Part shown: positions 1 to 9,870 of the stretch, one piece after another
Numbering within the stretch: position 1 is the stretch's first letter
How the letters are laid out: each line of letters starts with the position of its first letter
From: Candidatus Woesebacteria bacterium GW2011_GWB1_39_10
GTDB lineage: Bacteria; Patescibacteriota; Microgenomatia; UBA8517
Direction of reading: 5' to 3'
Assembly (NCBI GenBank): GCA_000993205.1
Contig: LBVU01000001.1
Span: forward strand, 8,155-72,154
Length of the DNA stretch: 64,000 bases
Made by a program: the position numbers and the translations under genes
Notes under the pieces: generated by a model
Told to the model about the DNA's origin: nothing
The model's input: only the letters and a program-made list of their open reading frames with translations
Database searches by the model: none

Positions 1-2
1 AT

Positions 3-287
3 GGTGCTAGGGCCACTCCCATTTATAGAGATGTAAATGGCGATCCAATTCAGGAAATACAGTTTGTAATCACAAAACCCAACTGGAAAGGAACACTTCT
101 TGTTACAACCAATTGGGACTATCCCAAAACCCCGCCTCTAATTCAGGTAATTTCGGATGTCGATCCGACACGACCAGGAAAAGAGCTTCACGAGGTAAAG
201 TTGGATGCAGACGGCAAGCCAATTTGGACATCAGAATCGGATTTCATCGATGTGGTGTTTGAGTTGGAAAAGCTCGAGGAGTTGTAA
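3..287 (+). CDS. C-terminal part of a protein with an E2/UBC-like (RWD-like) domain, truncated at the window edge
   Basis: Frame 3 is open to TAA at 285-287, which overlaps the next ATG (TAATG). It reads ...LLVTTNWDYPKTPPLIQV...KPIWTSESDFIDVVFELEKL, carrying the YPxxPP and W-S/T-helix signatures of the UBC fold. No Cys in the visible part. Confidence 0.6.
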   Translation, partial: GARATPIYRDVNGDPIQEIQFVITKPNWKGTLLVTTNWDYPKTPPLIQVISDVDPTRPGKELHEVKLDADGKPIWTSESDFIDVVFELEKLEEL

Positions 288-1237
288 TGCAAACATTTCG
301 AACGCACGGGCTCCTTCCTTCTGAGGCATTGAAAAAGACGGTTGTCGTTTTAGGATTAGGAAGTGTGGGAGCAAGTTTTGTGGCTGACATACCTTACGAA
401 TTCGGTATGTTGGTCTTGGTTGACCCAGGTAAGTTAAAGGTCGAGAATGTCGAGAGACATCCCCTTGGAAAGTCTCATCTGGGTTGGAATAAAGCAGATG
501 CGGCCAAAGACTTTCTTGTCAAAGAAAAGGGAGTGCCTGCCGGACGTATTAAGGCGTTTTCCCAGACTGACAAGGAAGTATTGCCACTTTTTACCAATGC
601 CGATCTTGTGGTTTGTGCGATCGATGATAAGCCCTCTTGTCGTCGCGTAAATGACTGGTGTTTTGAGCATAGCACACCCAAGCACAATATTCCTGCTATT
701 TACGGAGGCGTATATCCACTGGGTTTGGGTGGGGAGGTTATCGCCATTCCAACTCCGAGGGAAGTTTGCTATCGTTGCGCTGAACGCCAGAGAGCAACCA
801 AAGTTCTCCCTCCGGCACATGCTGGGAATTATGGATTAAACCCCGAACTTCTTGGCAGCGCCGATAGTCCAAAAGCAATCCCGGCTCTTAAAGCGAGTAT
901 TACGGCGATTGTTTCCGAAATGGTGCCTTTGGCCTGGAGAATGCTTTTTCCTGGTGACGATCCAGTTACTCCTCAGATAAGATTTCGTGCGCTTGAGGGG
1001 TGGATCGAAGTTGCAAGGATACCACGGGGTTCTACTGAACTCGAAATTGAAGTCAGAGAAATCGGTATACACAAAAAGTTGCTTTTGGCCGAAAATAACG
1101 CTAAAATAACCCCTGTTGATCCGGAAGGATACCACGGATACCTTATCCGCAGGCAGCCTTGGCCGAAGTTAGTTGTTCAATGGTCGCGATGTCCGTCACC
1201 ACATGGTGGACAGAACGTCCAATTTTCAGATCTTTAA
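287..1237 (+). CDS. ThiF/MoeB/E1-like adenylyltransferase
   Basis: Motifs VVVLGLGSVG, LVDPGKLKVENVERH, KADAA, DLVVCAID and CYRC. Confidence 0.85.
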   Translation: MQTFRTHGLLPSEALKKTVVVLGLGSVGASFVADIPYEFGMLVLVDPGKLKVENVERHPLGKSHLGWNKADAAKDFLVKEKGVPAGRIKAFSQTDKEVLPLFTNADLVVCAIDDKPSCRRVNDWCFEHSTPKHNIPAIYGGVYPLGLGGEVIAIPTPREVCYRCAERQRATKVLPPAHAGNYGLNPELLGSADSPKAIPALKASITAIVSEMVPLAWRMLFPGDDPVTPQIRFRALEGWIEVARIPRGSTELEIEVREIGIHKKLLLAENNAKITPVDPEGYHGYLIRRQPWPKLVVQWSRCPSPHGGQNVQFSDL

Positions 1238-1249
1238 AAGGAGATTGTT

Positions 1250-1576
1250 ATGACCGCCGTTTTGAATAATCGTATGCCCGAAAGTGTCAAGCTGGTTGAA
1301 GATGCCAAGGCGACCTATGAAGCCCTGGCCGCGATGGTCCTTGATGACAGCCATCCTGTCGTCGTTTTGCCAGCCGATGCCAAAGAGCTTCCAGGCGTTG
1401 AACTTCTGGTGAGCCTTGGTGGAGCGACTTTCGTTCCCGAAACCCGCGAGGTGACCCTCCTGGTCGAGGCGCCCGTCGCCCCCGAACAAAAACCGCCTGC
1501 AGGTGTCAAAGAAGCTGCCGCAGCGCAGTCTTCGTTCGCTGGTCAGGGACGCCGCGAAGAAGAACGCCGCGAGTAA
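1250..1576 (+). CDS. Small hypothetical protein, candidate substrate or modifier of the ThiF enzyme
   Basis: AAGGAG RBS. Last gene before a terminator. Ends in ...SSFAGQGRREEERRE. Confidence 0.7.
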   Translation: MTAVLNNRMPESVKLVEDAKATYEALAAMVLDDSHPVVVLPADAKELPGVELLVSLGGATFVPETREVTLLVEAPVAPEQKPPAGVKEAAAAQSSFAGQGRREEERRE

Positions 1577-1625
1577 TTCGCCGGCACGATCTAGAATGAT
1601 CCAGTTTAAACTGGAGTGAGTGCAT

Positions 1626-1678
1626 ATACTGCAGTTTTCTAATCCCTCCTTGGGAAAAGAGAACTGCAGTATTTTTTT
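1626..1678 (+). terminator. Intrinsic terminator
   Basis: ATACTGCAGTTTTC...GAGAACTGCAGTAT stem followed by a T-run. Confidence 0.75.
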
Positions 1679-1806
1679 GGCCAAAACACTTGACCCATAG
1701 TTGATTTTTCTTCTTTTATCCTATAAACTCCCTAAGTTACTAAAGTTGTGATTTTCGTCACAATTGCTCTTTGTCAATTCAAACGTTTACCCAAAAGGAG
1801 TAATAA

Positions 1807-2772
1807 ATGGCTAAAAGTGATAGTAAACCTGCAGGTAAGGCCGACGCCTCATCGCCAAGGGATTCAGCTCCCGGTTCAGATCCTGTCAAGACCGTTTCCC
1901 AGGTCCCCGCGGTTCCTGCCGCACCTCCCGCGCCTGAAGTCATGAATGCCGCAGATCTGGTTGAACGCATTCTCGGTGATATGCTGTCCCTGCGACCTGT
2001 GAGGCCGCTCTTAAGTCGCGTTGCTGCGCTGCTTTCCTATAAGCAGATGGGTGTACCTGTGGAAGAGGCTCTTGCCGAACTGGATTTGGCAGATATCTCG
2101 CTGAGGACCATCACTCCTGGGATCGGTGCGATGATCAAGGCCGCCGATGAAGCTGACCTGGCTTTAGTGCGGGAATTCAATGAAAAAGCTGGCGAGGGTC
2201 GCTTGGTGAAAGTTGATGATATGGATCCTGGTCCCGCCAAAGAAGCAGAGCTAAAAGAGCATGCTGATAATCGCCAAAAGGCGGCAGCGCTTTTAGGTCG
2301 AGCGCAACCTCTTTTGACCGCAATTTTTGCGGTGGAAGATAAAGGTGGGGTAGCTGGCTGGTTCCGTAAGGCTGTGGACAAAGTTGACGAACTCACCTTG
2401 GTTAAACCTGGGGAAAGCCCCGCTGAATTTCCCGGGTGGCAGACTGCTCCCAAACTCAATGAGAGCATTCCTGCTGTGAAAGCCCTCCTGAGCGAGCTGA
2501 AGTTGATCGAGAGTACCTACGCCCGCGTTCGGGATCCCAGAAAGGCTCTCGCACAACTCGCCAACCTGAACATCAAGTTCACGGCTGAACGGGTTCGTTT
2601 CGTTCTCGATTCCTGTGTGGAATTGGCCAATGCTCAGGTTGCCCAGTCGGCGAAGGCGGAAGGAGTTGCTGAAGCCGATACTGCCGCTTTTGTGGCCAAA
2701 GCACAAAAGAATGACTCCGTTCGCGAGATCGCTCAAAGCGCTCAGGATTACCTGGATTCCGCCAAGAAGTAG
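1807..2772 (+). CDS. Hypothetical helical/coiled-coil protein
   Basis: AAGGAG RBS, 321 aa, disordered N-terminus, helical body. Confidence 0.7.
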   Translation: MAKSDSKPAGKADASSPRDSAPGSDPVKTVSQVPAVPAAPPAPEVMNAADLVERILGDMLSLRPVRPLLSRVAALLSYKQMGVPVEEALAELDLADISLRTITPGIGAMIKAADEADLALVREFNEKAGEGRLVKVDDMDPGPAKEAELKEHADNRQKAAALLGRAQPLLTAIFAVEDKGGVAGWFRKAVDKVDELTLVKPGESPAEFPGWQTAPKLNESIPAVKALLSELKLIESTYARVRDPRKALAQLANLNIKFTAERVRFVLDSCVELANAQVAQSAKAEGVAEADTAAFVAKAQKNDSVREIAQSAQDYLDSAKK

Positions 2773-2796
2773 GGGAAAAAACGTTTGAAGTAAGAA

Positions 2797-2842
2797 TTGC
2801 CGGATGAGGCTTGTTTTTAGCCTTGTCCGGCAATATTTTTTT
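2797..2842 (+). terminator. Intrinsic terminator
   Basis: TTGCCGGA...TCCGGCAA stem followed by a T-run. Confidence 0.7.
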
Positions 2843-2848
2843 AATATT

Positions 2849-3673
2849 ATGCAAATAGAACAAGAAATACATGATTCAGAACAAAAATTAGATTATGTTT
2901 TTGGAGTAATCCAAAAACCGGCCAGTCGTGGCAAAAACTTCATTATTGGATGGGACATAAGCGGAAATCCGGTAGTAAAATTGACTGTCAGGGAAGATGA
3001 AGCAATTACCAGGAAGGGTTATGAGACTCGAGGCAGAAATGCAGTGCTGGAGTTCCCTTTTAGCAGGGAAATTGCAGAATTTACGCCCAGAGCCCTTGAG
3101 TTTCTAGAGATGGCGAAGCCTCAGGACAATGCAGATCAAGGAAGGCAATTTACAGAAGATGTTGTTAACATTGCCTGTGCCAATGGGACTGGGTCTACAA
3201 GTTTCTTACAGGTAAAAGAAAGGGTTTTATTGGGTGCAATAATGGATACGCAGTTAACATGGGGGATAGGAAATCCGCCCAGGTCTTCATATAGTGTGGC
3301 CATTCCAGAAGAAGAAACAGGAACTTTGAACTTTTTGCTTTTTAGCCCTGGCAACGGCGCTTCTAACGAATTTGCATATAGAAGATTTTTACTTGGGGTG
3401 ATAAAAACTTTGGCCACAATTGATAGAAATCAGAATCCACCTGACCAAAAAGGATATGTGTATGTTGTAGAACAAGTAGTACAGAAACTTGAGAGTCTGG
3501 CTCAGGCTGAGAGATCGCAGGCTGGAGTTTTGGAAAAAATACAAATGGAAATGGGTGTTTTGGATCAAATTCGGGGTGTTGCGCTTCTTAACACACTTCC
3601 CGTAGATGGTTTACGAGTGGTTTTGAGGAACTTCAAAAATGTAGTAGACGAGAGTTTTGCTAACGGAAAGTAA
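2849..3673 (+). CDS. Hypothetical protein
   Basis: Long ORF. Start moved to ATG 2849 because the ORF-track start lies inside the upstream terminator. Confidence 0.6.
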   Translation: MQIEQEIHDSEQKLDYVFGVIQKPASRGKNFIIGWDISGNPVVKLTVREDEAITRKGYETRGRNAVLEFPFSREIAEFTPRALEFLEMAKPQDNADQGRQFTEDVVNIACANGTGSTSFLQVKERVLLGAIMDTQLTWGIGNPPRSSYSVAIPEEETGTLNFLLFSPGNGASNEFAYRRFLLGVIKTLATIDRNQNPPDQKGYVYVVEQVVQKLESLAQAERSQAGVLEKIQMEMGVLDQIRGVALLNTLPVDGLRVVLRNFKNVVDESFANGK

Positions 3674-3697
3674 TGCTTCTTCTTTTCGGATTTTGCC

Positions 3698-3757
3698 AAA
3701 AAAAGTGCCGGTACGGTTGTTGCTGACTGTGTGTCAACGTTAACCGCACCGGCATTT
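3698..3757 (-). terminator. Intrinsic terminator between convergent genes
   Basis: A-run followed by GTGCCGGT...ACCGGCAT stem. Confidence 0.65.
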
Positions 3758-3787
3758 ACTTACAAGAACCTATCTAGTCTTGCGCTC

Positions 3788-5626
3788 TTAGCGTAGTGAA
3801 CCGGGGTTAATCTTGACCTCGATTCGGACATAACGATCGGCCTGGTTAATGGCCGGATCGCAGGACAAAGTCCCGACCCGTGCGTACACAGAGATGAGCG
3901 GTGCGGGGATTCCTGCGCCTTGAATCAAGGCAAACTGGATGTTTGTAGCCCGCTGTAGAGCGAACTCTCGAACATATTCTTCACTATACTGGCACCACCC
4001 GGCTGCGCTACCCGTAATCAGGATAACGACGTTTTGTGTCTGCGCCATCAACTGCTGAAGCGATTTAGAACAGACAACGAGGTTGTCGTAGTCTGGTGTG
4101 TTTGGTCGGAGGAAATCCTCTCCAGCCTTGTAGCTGAGTTGGCTCACGCAGTTGAGCTCAAAAGCCGTGGGTAAGTTAACTAGCTGGGAGCCGTCCAACG
4201 CAGCAGAGGGCAAAACCTGGAAAGGTGTGTAACTGGTATTGGGCAGGGTCGTACCACTTCGAGGCCGAAGTTCCGGGTGCTGGGTGACGTATGTGGCCAA
4301 TTGCCCGAGATATTTAGTTTCACGCAAGTCGGCAACGTCATTAAGCGTTCCCAAAGGCACACCACCGTAGGCCCAAATAGCACCAAAGTCAACAAACCGT
4401 TTGTCCAGGATGTCAGTTTGGTTTGCCAGAAGTAGGTTGGAATCCAGGCTAGCCAGGCCATATGTATCAAGCCAAAGATGCATATCATTTTCGGCCGACT
4501 CTGGAAAGACATACGTCCAGTCGTTGGTATTGTATTCAATACCGTTGAAAGTAAATGTCCAACTGGCGATGGCTTCACCGGCTGCCTTCAGATTTTCCTG
4601 CTGAACCTTCAAACCTCCAAACCAATCAACCAGGAACCAGAAAACAGCATCAGGCTTTTCCGCGTTTGCCTTGTGGCTAACCACGATAATGTCTTTGAGG
4701 TTGCGGAGCCAGGTGCTGTTGACCAGAATTTGGCTTTGGGATGGGTCGCCTATTCCTTCGTCGATACAAGGAATCCAGCCGGCCACGGCGTCAGATTTGC
4801 CGTCAGCAAAGGCTTGGCATGCGTCTTCTACTGAAAAGTCGTGCCACATTCCACTGGTGTCGTACTCGCCTGTAAGCCAGGTGACGCTATTTGGAGACAT
4901 CCCTGCGGCACTCATAACAGAAAGCACTTGGAATTGACCGGCTGCGTTGGGGCTAACTGCGATAACGCAACCTTCCAGGTCATTGAACCGGGCGATGGGT
5001 TTGCCTGGACAACCAACTCGACCCACAAGGAGTGCTCGTGTTTTGTCGGCTCCGTCGGAAACACCTACATCAGTGATCCACTTACCCATCTGGGGGTTGA
5101 GCCTCAGTGTGTCACTGGTAGTCAAGATAATATCGCAAGTTCCATCCTGCATCCATCTTGCTTGGTCGCCCTCGTCATCACTTATCAAGACGTTTCCGTC
5201 AAGGTCGGTGAACCCCAGTGGGAGCACGTTCAAAATGTAGGGACGATTACTGTTGTCGGCGACAGCTGCCTGGAGAACCGAAAAATACGGTCCAAAGTAG
5301 AAAAGGCAAACCGTGATAGTTTGCTTTTCTGCGCCGGCAGGTGGAATCTGGGGAACGTTTTGTTGCTCACCATCATTACCTCCGGGTTGCGGCGCGGGCA
5401 CATAGGGCGTGTCGTTGGTTGGTGTCGTCGGTTCGGCGGGGAGGTTGTTATAGAGGTAAATACCTCCGGCGCTCACAATCAGACAAACAATGATCAGCAC
5501 ACTCAAACCTCCCCAGAATAGCCCGTTGCGTTGGCGACGGGGTGGGCGAGGGGTTTGGGGATTTCCCAAATCTCCAAGATCCAATGTCGTTGGTTGATTC
5601 AGTCCACGAAAACTTCGATTTGCCAT
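3788..5626 (-). CDS. Membrane-anchored NMT1/ABC-type substrate-binding protein fused to a C-terminal OmpA-like domain
   Basis: N-terminal TM helix. SDGAD and DAVAGWIP binding-protein motifs. C-terminal ILITGS...ALQRATNI...NQADRYVRIEV. Confidence 0.65.
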   Translation of the reverse strand: MANRSFRGLNQPTTLDLGDLGNPQTPRPPRRQRNGLFWGGLSVLIIVCLIVSAGGIYLYNNLPAEPTTPTNDTPYVPAPQPGGNDGEQQNVPQIPPAGAEKQTITVCLFYFGPYFSVLQAAVADNSNRPYILNVLPLGFTDLDGNVLISDDEGDQARWMQDGTCDIILTTSDTLRLNPQMGKWITDVGVSDGADKTRALLVGRVGCPGKPIARFNDLEGCVIAVSPNAAGQFQVLSVMSAAGMSPNSVTWLTGEYDTSGMWHDFSVEDACQAFADGKSDAVAGWIPCIDEGIGDPSQSQILVNSTWLRNLKDIIVVSHKANAEKPDAVFWFLVDWFGGLKVQQENLKAAGEAIASWTFTFNGIEYNTNDWTYVFPESAENDMHLWLDTYGLASLDSNLLLANQTDILDKRFVDFGAIWAYGGVPLGTLNDVADLRETKYLGQLATYVTQHPELRPRSGTTLPNTSYTPFQVLPSAALDGSQLVNLPTAFELNCVSQLSYKAGEDFLRPNTPDYDNLVVCSKSLQQLMAQTQNVVILITGSAAGWCQYSEEYVREFALQRATNIQFALIQGAGIPAPLISVYARVGTLSCDPAINQADRYVRIEVKINPGSLR

Positions 5627-5864
5627 TTTCTTTCTCCTTTTGAGTGAAAATTGACCTGGTTTTGGAATTCAGCAGATAAAGAAATCACCTCTTTTTTGAG
5701 AAGTTGGATTAGGTGATTTCTTGAGCATACACCACAGTTTGGAACTCAATTCATGGATGTGGTGTCTGTAGGTTTTGTTAAAGAACAACTAAACCTTATT
5801 AACCAGGGAGGATTAATTTGCTGGAAGATTTTATATCAAGAAGGGGTATTTGTCAAGCCTATAA

Positions 5865-7367
5865 TTATTTAAAAAGTGGTATAAAGCTGTCAGAAAATCC
5901 GACAATACCACTTTGTTCACGGATGGTGGCTCGGCCTCCACCTACGATACGTGTTCTACCAGAAGAATCTTTCCAAATATAGACCTGAACCGGTTCGGGC
6001 AAACCGCAATGGTTAACTATTTTTTGTTCTCTGGGATTGCCGACGCCGCCAAGAACGTCTTGGTAGGCTCCAATACAAGGCGCGGCGACAACCAGCCCTT
6101 TAAAGTTGTTGGTCATTACGACACTGGCCCTTGGATTGGCGGTTAACTGCTCTTTTGTAGGTACTGTACTATTCGAGTCGCAGCTCAAATCATGGAAACG
6201 GACGCGAGTGAGGGGGGAATTTGCGTTATTTGCAGGTATAAAATTGAAAGAGTCCTCCTGAATCCATAAATCCGGTATATTCAGTAAGTTTCCACCCAGC
6301 TCAAGCCATGGGATTCCGTCTGAACTATTAATAAATGTGTTGGTTATCGGATAAACGAGGTGTTCACAGTTTGTGGCTATAAAGCTTCCGCTTTCTATAA
6401 CTATTGTAGGTAATTCTACACCGTAACGTTCACAGATATTTTTAACGCCTCGCAAAAAGGGAACTAGGAATTCCTGGTGTTTGTATCCGCTATCAATTGA
6501 CGGAAATCCGCCACCGAGATTGAGGTCGGTGAGTGTTGGGTATTTACGCTTTAAAACAGCATATTGTTCGGCAGCGATTAGAGCACTTTTGGCAAAAGCT
6601 TCCGGGTTTACTGCGCTTGCGGCACTGCTCATGGCGTGAAGCATTGTAAATTTGAGATTTGGTGACGCCGCTATTTTAGCTGCCTCGTTTTGGACTCCTT
6701 CCCAATCGAATCCGAATGGAGACACCACACCCGGCAATTGTTTTTTGTCTTCCAAAACGGCAAATTTAGATCTTATACCCACACTCATTCTGCCTTTTCT
6801 GACATTTCGTCTAAAAAAGTCGGACTCACCTTGGACAAGAACGGGTGTAATATCGAGTCCTTTTTCAAATGCCTCAATTATGGTTTCTGCGTAGCCCTTA
6901 TCAAAGCGGTGAACACGCAGTTTTGGGCCATTACAAATTACTTTCTTGTCTTGCGCGATTAGACCTTTGCTTCTCAGCCACATAAAATTATGAAGGCCAA
7001 GTTCACCGCTTGTTTCCATGTGCAGCTCCTTAAGGGCGGCGGCCACAACAGGCGCCTTGAAGTTGGCTTTTTCGGCAAAATGAAATCGGAACTTGTCTTG
7101 AGGGTAACCAGCTACCTCTGCGGCTGTTTTGCAGATTCTTTTTATATCGCGCCCTCTTTTTTCAGGGATGGTGAGATCTGTAATCTGGGTTGGGGCATCG
7201 AATTTTTGGCCATGTTCTTGGTGAATGTCAATTACTCTTAATCCGTGTTCGCGAAAACAAAGATTCCAATCCCTGTCATAGGCAAAAATTTCCCAGACAG
7301 CAGGGTTTTTAAGTGTTTCTCTGAGTAATGTTTCTGCTGTTGTTTGACCGATTGTTCTTTCCCACAT
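5865..7367 (-). CDS. Arginine decarboxylase-like PLP fold-III enzyme (SpeA-like, divergent)
   Basis: Motifs AEKAN (PLP Lys), CNGPK, LNLGGG, ESGSFIA, LSCDS and GAYQDVLG. Confidence 0.75.
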   Translation of the reverse strand: MWERTIGQTTAETLLRETLKNPAVWEIFAYDRDWNLCFREHGLRVIDIHQEHGQKFDAPTQITDLTIPEKRGRDIKRICKTAAEVAGYPQDKFRFHFAEKANFKAPVVAAALKELHMETSGELGLHNFMWLRSKGLIAQDKKVICNGPKLRVHRFDKGYAETIIEAFEKGLDITPVLVQGESDFFRRNVRKGRMSVGIRSKFAVLEDKKQLPGVVSPFGFDWEGVQNEAAKIAASPNLKFTMLHAMSSAASAVNPEAFAKSALIAAEQYAVLKRKYPTLTDLNLGGGFPSIDSGYKHQEFLVPFLRGVKNICERYGVELPTIVIESGSFIATNCEHLVYPITNTFINSSDGIPWLELGGNLLNIPDLWIQEDSFNFIPANNANSPLTRVRFHDLSCDSNSTVPTKEQLTANPRASVVMTNNFKGLVVAAPCIGAYQDVLGGVGNPREQKIVNHCGLPEPVQVYIWKDSSGRTRIVGGGRATIREQSGIVGFSDSFIPLFK

Positions 7368-7370
7368 ATG

Positions 7371-8081
7371 TTATTTGTCTTTTCCGGCGATATCTTTGGC
7401 CTTTTGGACCAAGGGGTTGTTGTCATCTAAGCCAAGCTTTTCTGCCTCAGAAAGCCACTCAGTTAGATGTCTTTCGATTATTTTTTCTTGGACAATCTGG
7501 GTAACGCGTTTGACTTTGAAAACCATGCTGTCACGGCTACCACCAAACCCCATAGGAGCGGTTTCGTCCAAGGTGTCGCTATCGGCACCACCTTGCCATT
7601 TAGCGTAATAACTTTGCAGAGCGTTAAGTCTATAAAGAAGTCTTTGATCGGCGGACAGACTATCCCAACCCGGAATCGACTCTTCGTTTAACTGCGCTAT
7701 TGCTCCCTTTTCAACAAAAACATCTATTGTCTCAAGTGTCTCTGGAGACACGGGGCTTGCTTCTGGGAAAACTGGTTTGACGTTGGGGAAGAGTAGTCCA
7801 ATGGTCTTTGAGGCTGCTGCGCCAAGTTCTTTCAATCTCCCGCGAAGTCTATTTTGGGATTCTTCATCCATGAGCCCGACTGCTGGACCTCCGCTTAGAC
7901 TTTGTATCTCAGCATTAATCATCCCATACCTTGCAAGATAAAAAGGTCTGGGTTGTTCACCCGAAAACGTCGGAAAAGCTTCGACTGTTAGGGCCTCCCA
8001 GTTTCCACTTTCGACAGCAGCTTTTAAGGCCTCTTGTTCCGGCACAAGCCCGACTTTGGCTGCGGACATCTCAGTTATCAT
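7371..8081 (-). CDS. Hypothetical protein
   Basis: 236-aa ORF directly upstream of the SpeA-like gene. Confidence 0.6.
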   Translation of the reverse strand: MITEMSAAKVGLVPEQEALKAAVESGNWEALTVEAFPTFSGEQPRPFYLARYGMINAEIQSLSGGPAVGLMDEESQNRLRGRLKELGAAASKTIGLLFPNVKPVFPEASPVSPETLETIDVFVEKGAIAQLNEESIPGWDSLSADQRLLYRLNALQSYYAKWQGGADSDTLDETAPMGFGGSRDSMVFKVKRVTQIVQEKIIERHLTEWLSEAEKLGLDDNNPLVQKAKDIAGKDK

Positions 8082-8155
8082 AAGGCCTGTAGTATATAGA
8101 TAGGGTTTTGGGATGTCAAGACTTTAAGATTGGTCGTATAATAGCCTAGAAAAGT

Positions 8156-9187
8156 ATGATAAAAACTTGGCAAAGGATCAAAAACGATCCTAAACTCTTA
8201 AAAACTTATTTTATTCGTGAGCGGGTAATTCAAACCATCCGCGATTTTTTCAAAAAGGGAGGGTTTCATGAGGTTTTTACGCCAATTATGGTTCCGGTCC
8301 CTTCAATCGAACCCAATCTGGAAGTTTTTGAAACCCAGCTTAGAACCTCTCAAGGATTAAAGAAACGGGCCTTTTTGATTTCCAGTCCGGAATACGCGCA
8401 CAAAAGGCTTCTTGCTGCCGGGGTAGGGAGTTTGTTTGAGATCACCAGATCCTTTAGAAATGAGGAAGAGGTGAGCCGTCTACATTCACCAGAATTTACC
8501 ATACTTGAGTGGTATAGGGTTAATGCCGATTATAAGGACACAATGAAGGATTTTGAACAATTATTTTTGGAAATAATAGGTCATACTGAAATGCTGTATC
8601 AGGGACAAGAATATGATTTATCGCTACCCTGGCCAAGAATTACCGTGGCGGAAGCCTTCCAAAGATACTCGAGCATAGATACCGAGATACTCTTAGATGA
8701 GAAAAAACTAATAGAGGTGGGGAAAGAAAGGGGCTACAAAGTTGAGAGTAGTACAACGTGGGAACAAATGTTTTATCAGATATTTTTGAATGAGATTGAA
8801 ACTAAAATAAGAGATTCTCATAAGCCTACGTTTATTTACGATTATCCTTTAGCTCAGGCGTCCCTTAGCCGACCCAAGAAAGAAGACCTAGGGTTTGCGG
8901 AACGATTTGAAGTGTTTTTGGCCGGTGTGGAACTTGGAAATTGTTTTAGCGAATTAACGGATGCTGAGGCGCAACACAAAAGGTTCGAGGCAGATAAGAC
9001 CCTGAGACAAGCTCAGGGCAAGCTAGATTTTCCGATTGATGAAGATTTTGTTGAGGCCCTTAGGTCGGGAATGCCGATGTCATCCGGTATTGCCGTCGGC
9101 GTCGACCGCCTGGTAATGTTGGCTGCTGACGTTCCCAGCGTCTCCGACACAATTTTCTTCCCCGACAACGAACTCTTTAGCCTTTAA
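8156..9187 (+). CDS. epmA: EF-P lysine aminoacylase (EpmA/GenX/PoxA)
   Basis: LysRS-like catalytic domain without an anticodon-binding domain: SPEYAHKRLLAAG, FRNEE, HSPEFTILEWY, ERFE, GIAVGVDRL. Adjacent to efp. Confidence 0.92.
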   Translation: MIKTWQRIKNDPKLLKTYFIRERVIQTIRDFFKKGGFHEVFTPIMVPVPSIEPNLEVFETQLRTSQGLKKRAFLISSPEYAHKRLLAAGVGSLFEITRSFRNEEEVSRLHSPEFTILEWYRVNADYKDTMKDFEQLFLEIIGHTEMLYQGQEYDLSLPWPRITVAEAFQRYSSIDTEILLDEKKLIEVGKERGYKVESSTTWEQMFYQIFLNEIETKIRDSHKPTFIYDYPLAQASLSRPKKEDLGFAERFEVFLAGVELGNCFSELTDAEAQHKRFEADKTLRQAQGKLDFPIDEDFVEALRSGMPMSSGIAVGVDRLVMLAADVPSVSDTIFFPDNELFSL

Positions 9188-9303
9188 AGGGTAACCCTTG
9201 CAAGGTAATGGGAAAGGACTTCTTCTTGTCAAGGTTATGGGTCTTGAGTTACAATATCGAGGCTGAGCTATTAGTTCTTCACTCTTAGCTTTTAGCTGTT
9301 TTT

Positions 9304-9870
9304 ATGATCACAGTTAACGCCGGCAATATTACCAAGGGAATGTATCTTATTTTTAAGGACAAACCGCATTTGGTCACAAAAACTGAATTTATGTCACCTG
9401 GAAAGGGGAGCGCGGTTATGCGGGTTAAGTATAGAAGCATAGAAAACGGCGCGGCTTTAGAGTTTACATATAAAACCAATGAACAAGTGGAAGTGGCCGA
9501 TGTTGAAAAGCGCGAAATGGAATTTCTTTACCGATCGGGAGATGATCTTTTTTTCATGAATTCCAAGACCTTTGATCAGGTCGAGGTTCCAATGAGTTTA
9601 ATTGAAGCTCAAATTGGCTATCTTATTCCGAATTTAAAATGCTGGGTGCTTTGGTATAAAGATAAGGCGATTGGTGTCGGACTTCCACCAAACGTAGTTT
9701 TAAAAGTTGTCGAATCCCCCAATGAAGTGGCGGGAAATAGAATCAACGCTCCTAAAAAAACTGTGAAGTTGGAAACGGGAATTGAAGCAATGGTGCCAAT
9801 ATTTATTAAAACCGGAGAAAAAGTGTTGATCGATACAACCTCGGGAGAGTATTTGGGAAGGGTTAAATGA
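9304..9870 (+). CDS. efp: Elongation factor P
   Basis: SPGKGSA loop, LETG, VPIFIKTGEKVLIDT, GEYLGRV. Confidence 0.95.
   Translation: MITVNAGNITKGMYLIFKDKPHLVTKTEFMSPGKGSAVMRVKYRSIENGAALEFTYKTNEQVEVADVEKREMEFLYRSGDDLFFMNSKTFDQVEVPMSLIEAQIGYLIPNLKCWVLWYKDKAIGVGLPPNVVLKVVESPNEVAGNRINAPKKTVKLETGIEAMVPIFIKTGEKVLIDTTSGEYLGRVK

Noticed and set aside
4841-5521. 226-aa plus-strand ORF and similar antisense ORFs
   Set aside because: They are antisense shadows of well-supported genes and carry no motifs.
9188-9303. Structured RNA leader upstream of efp
   Set aside because: Only weak short stems are present and no family is recognisable by eye.
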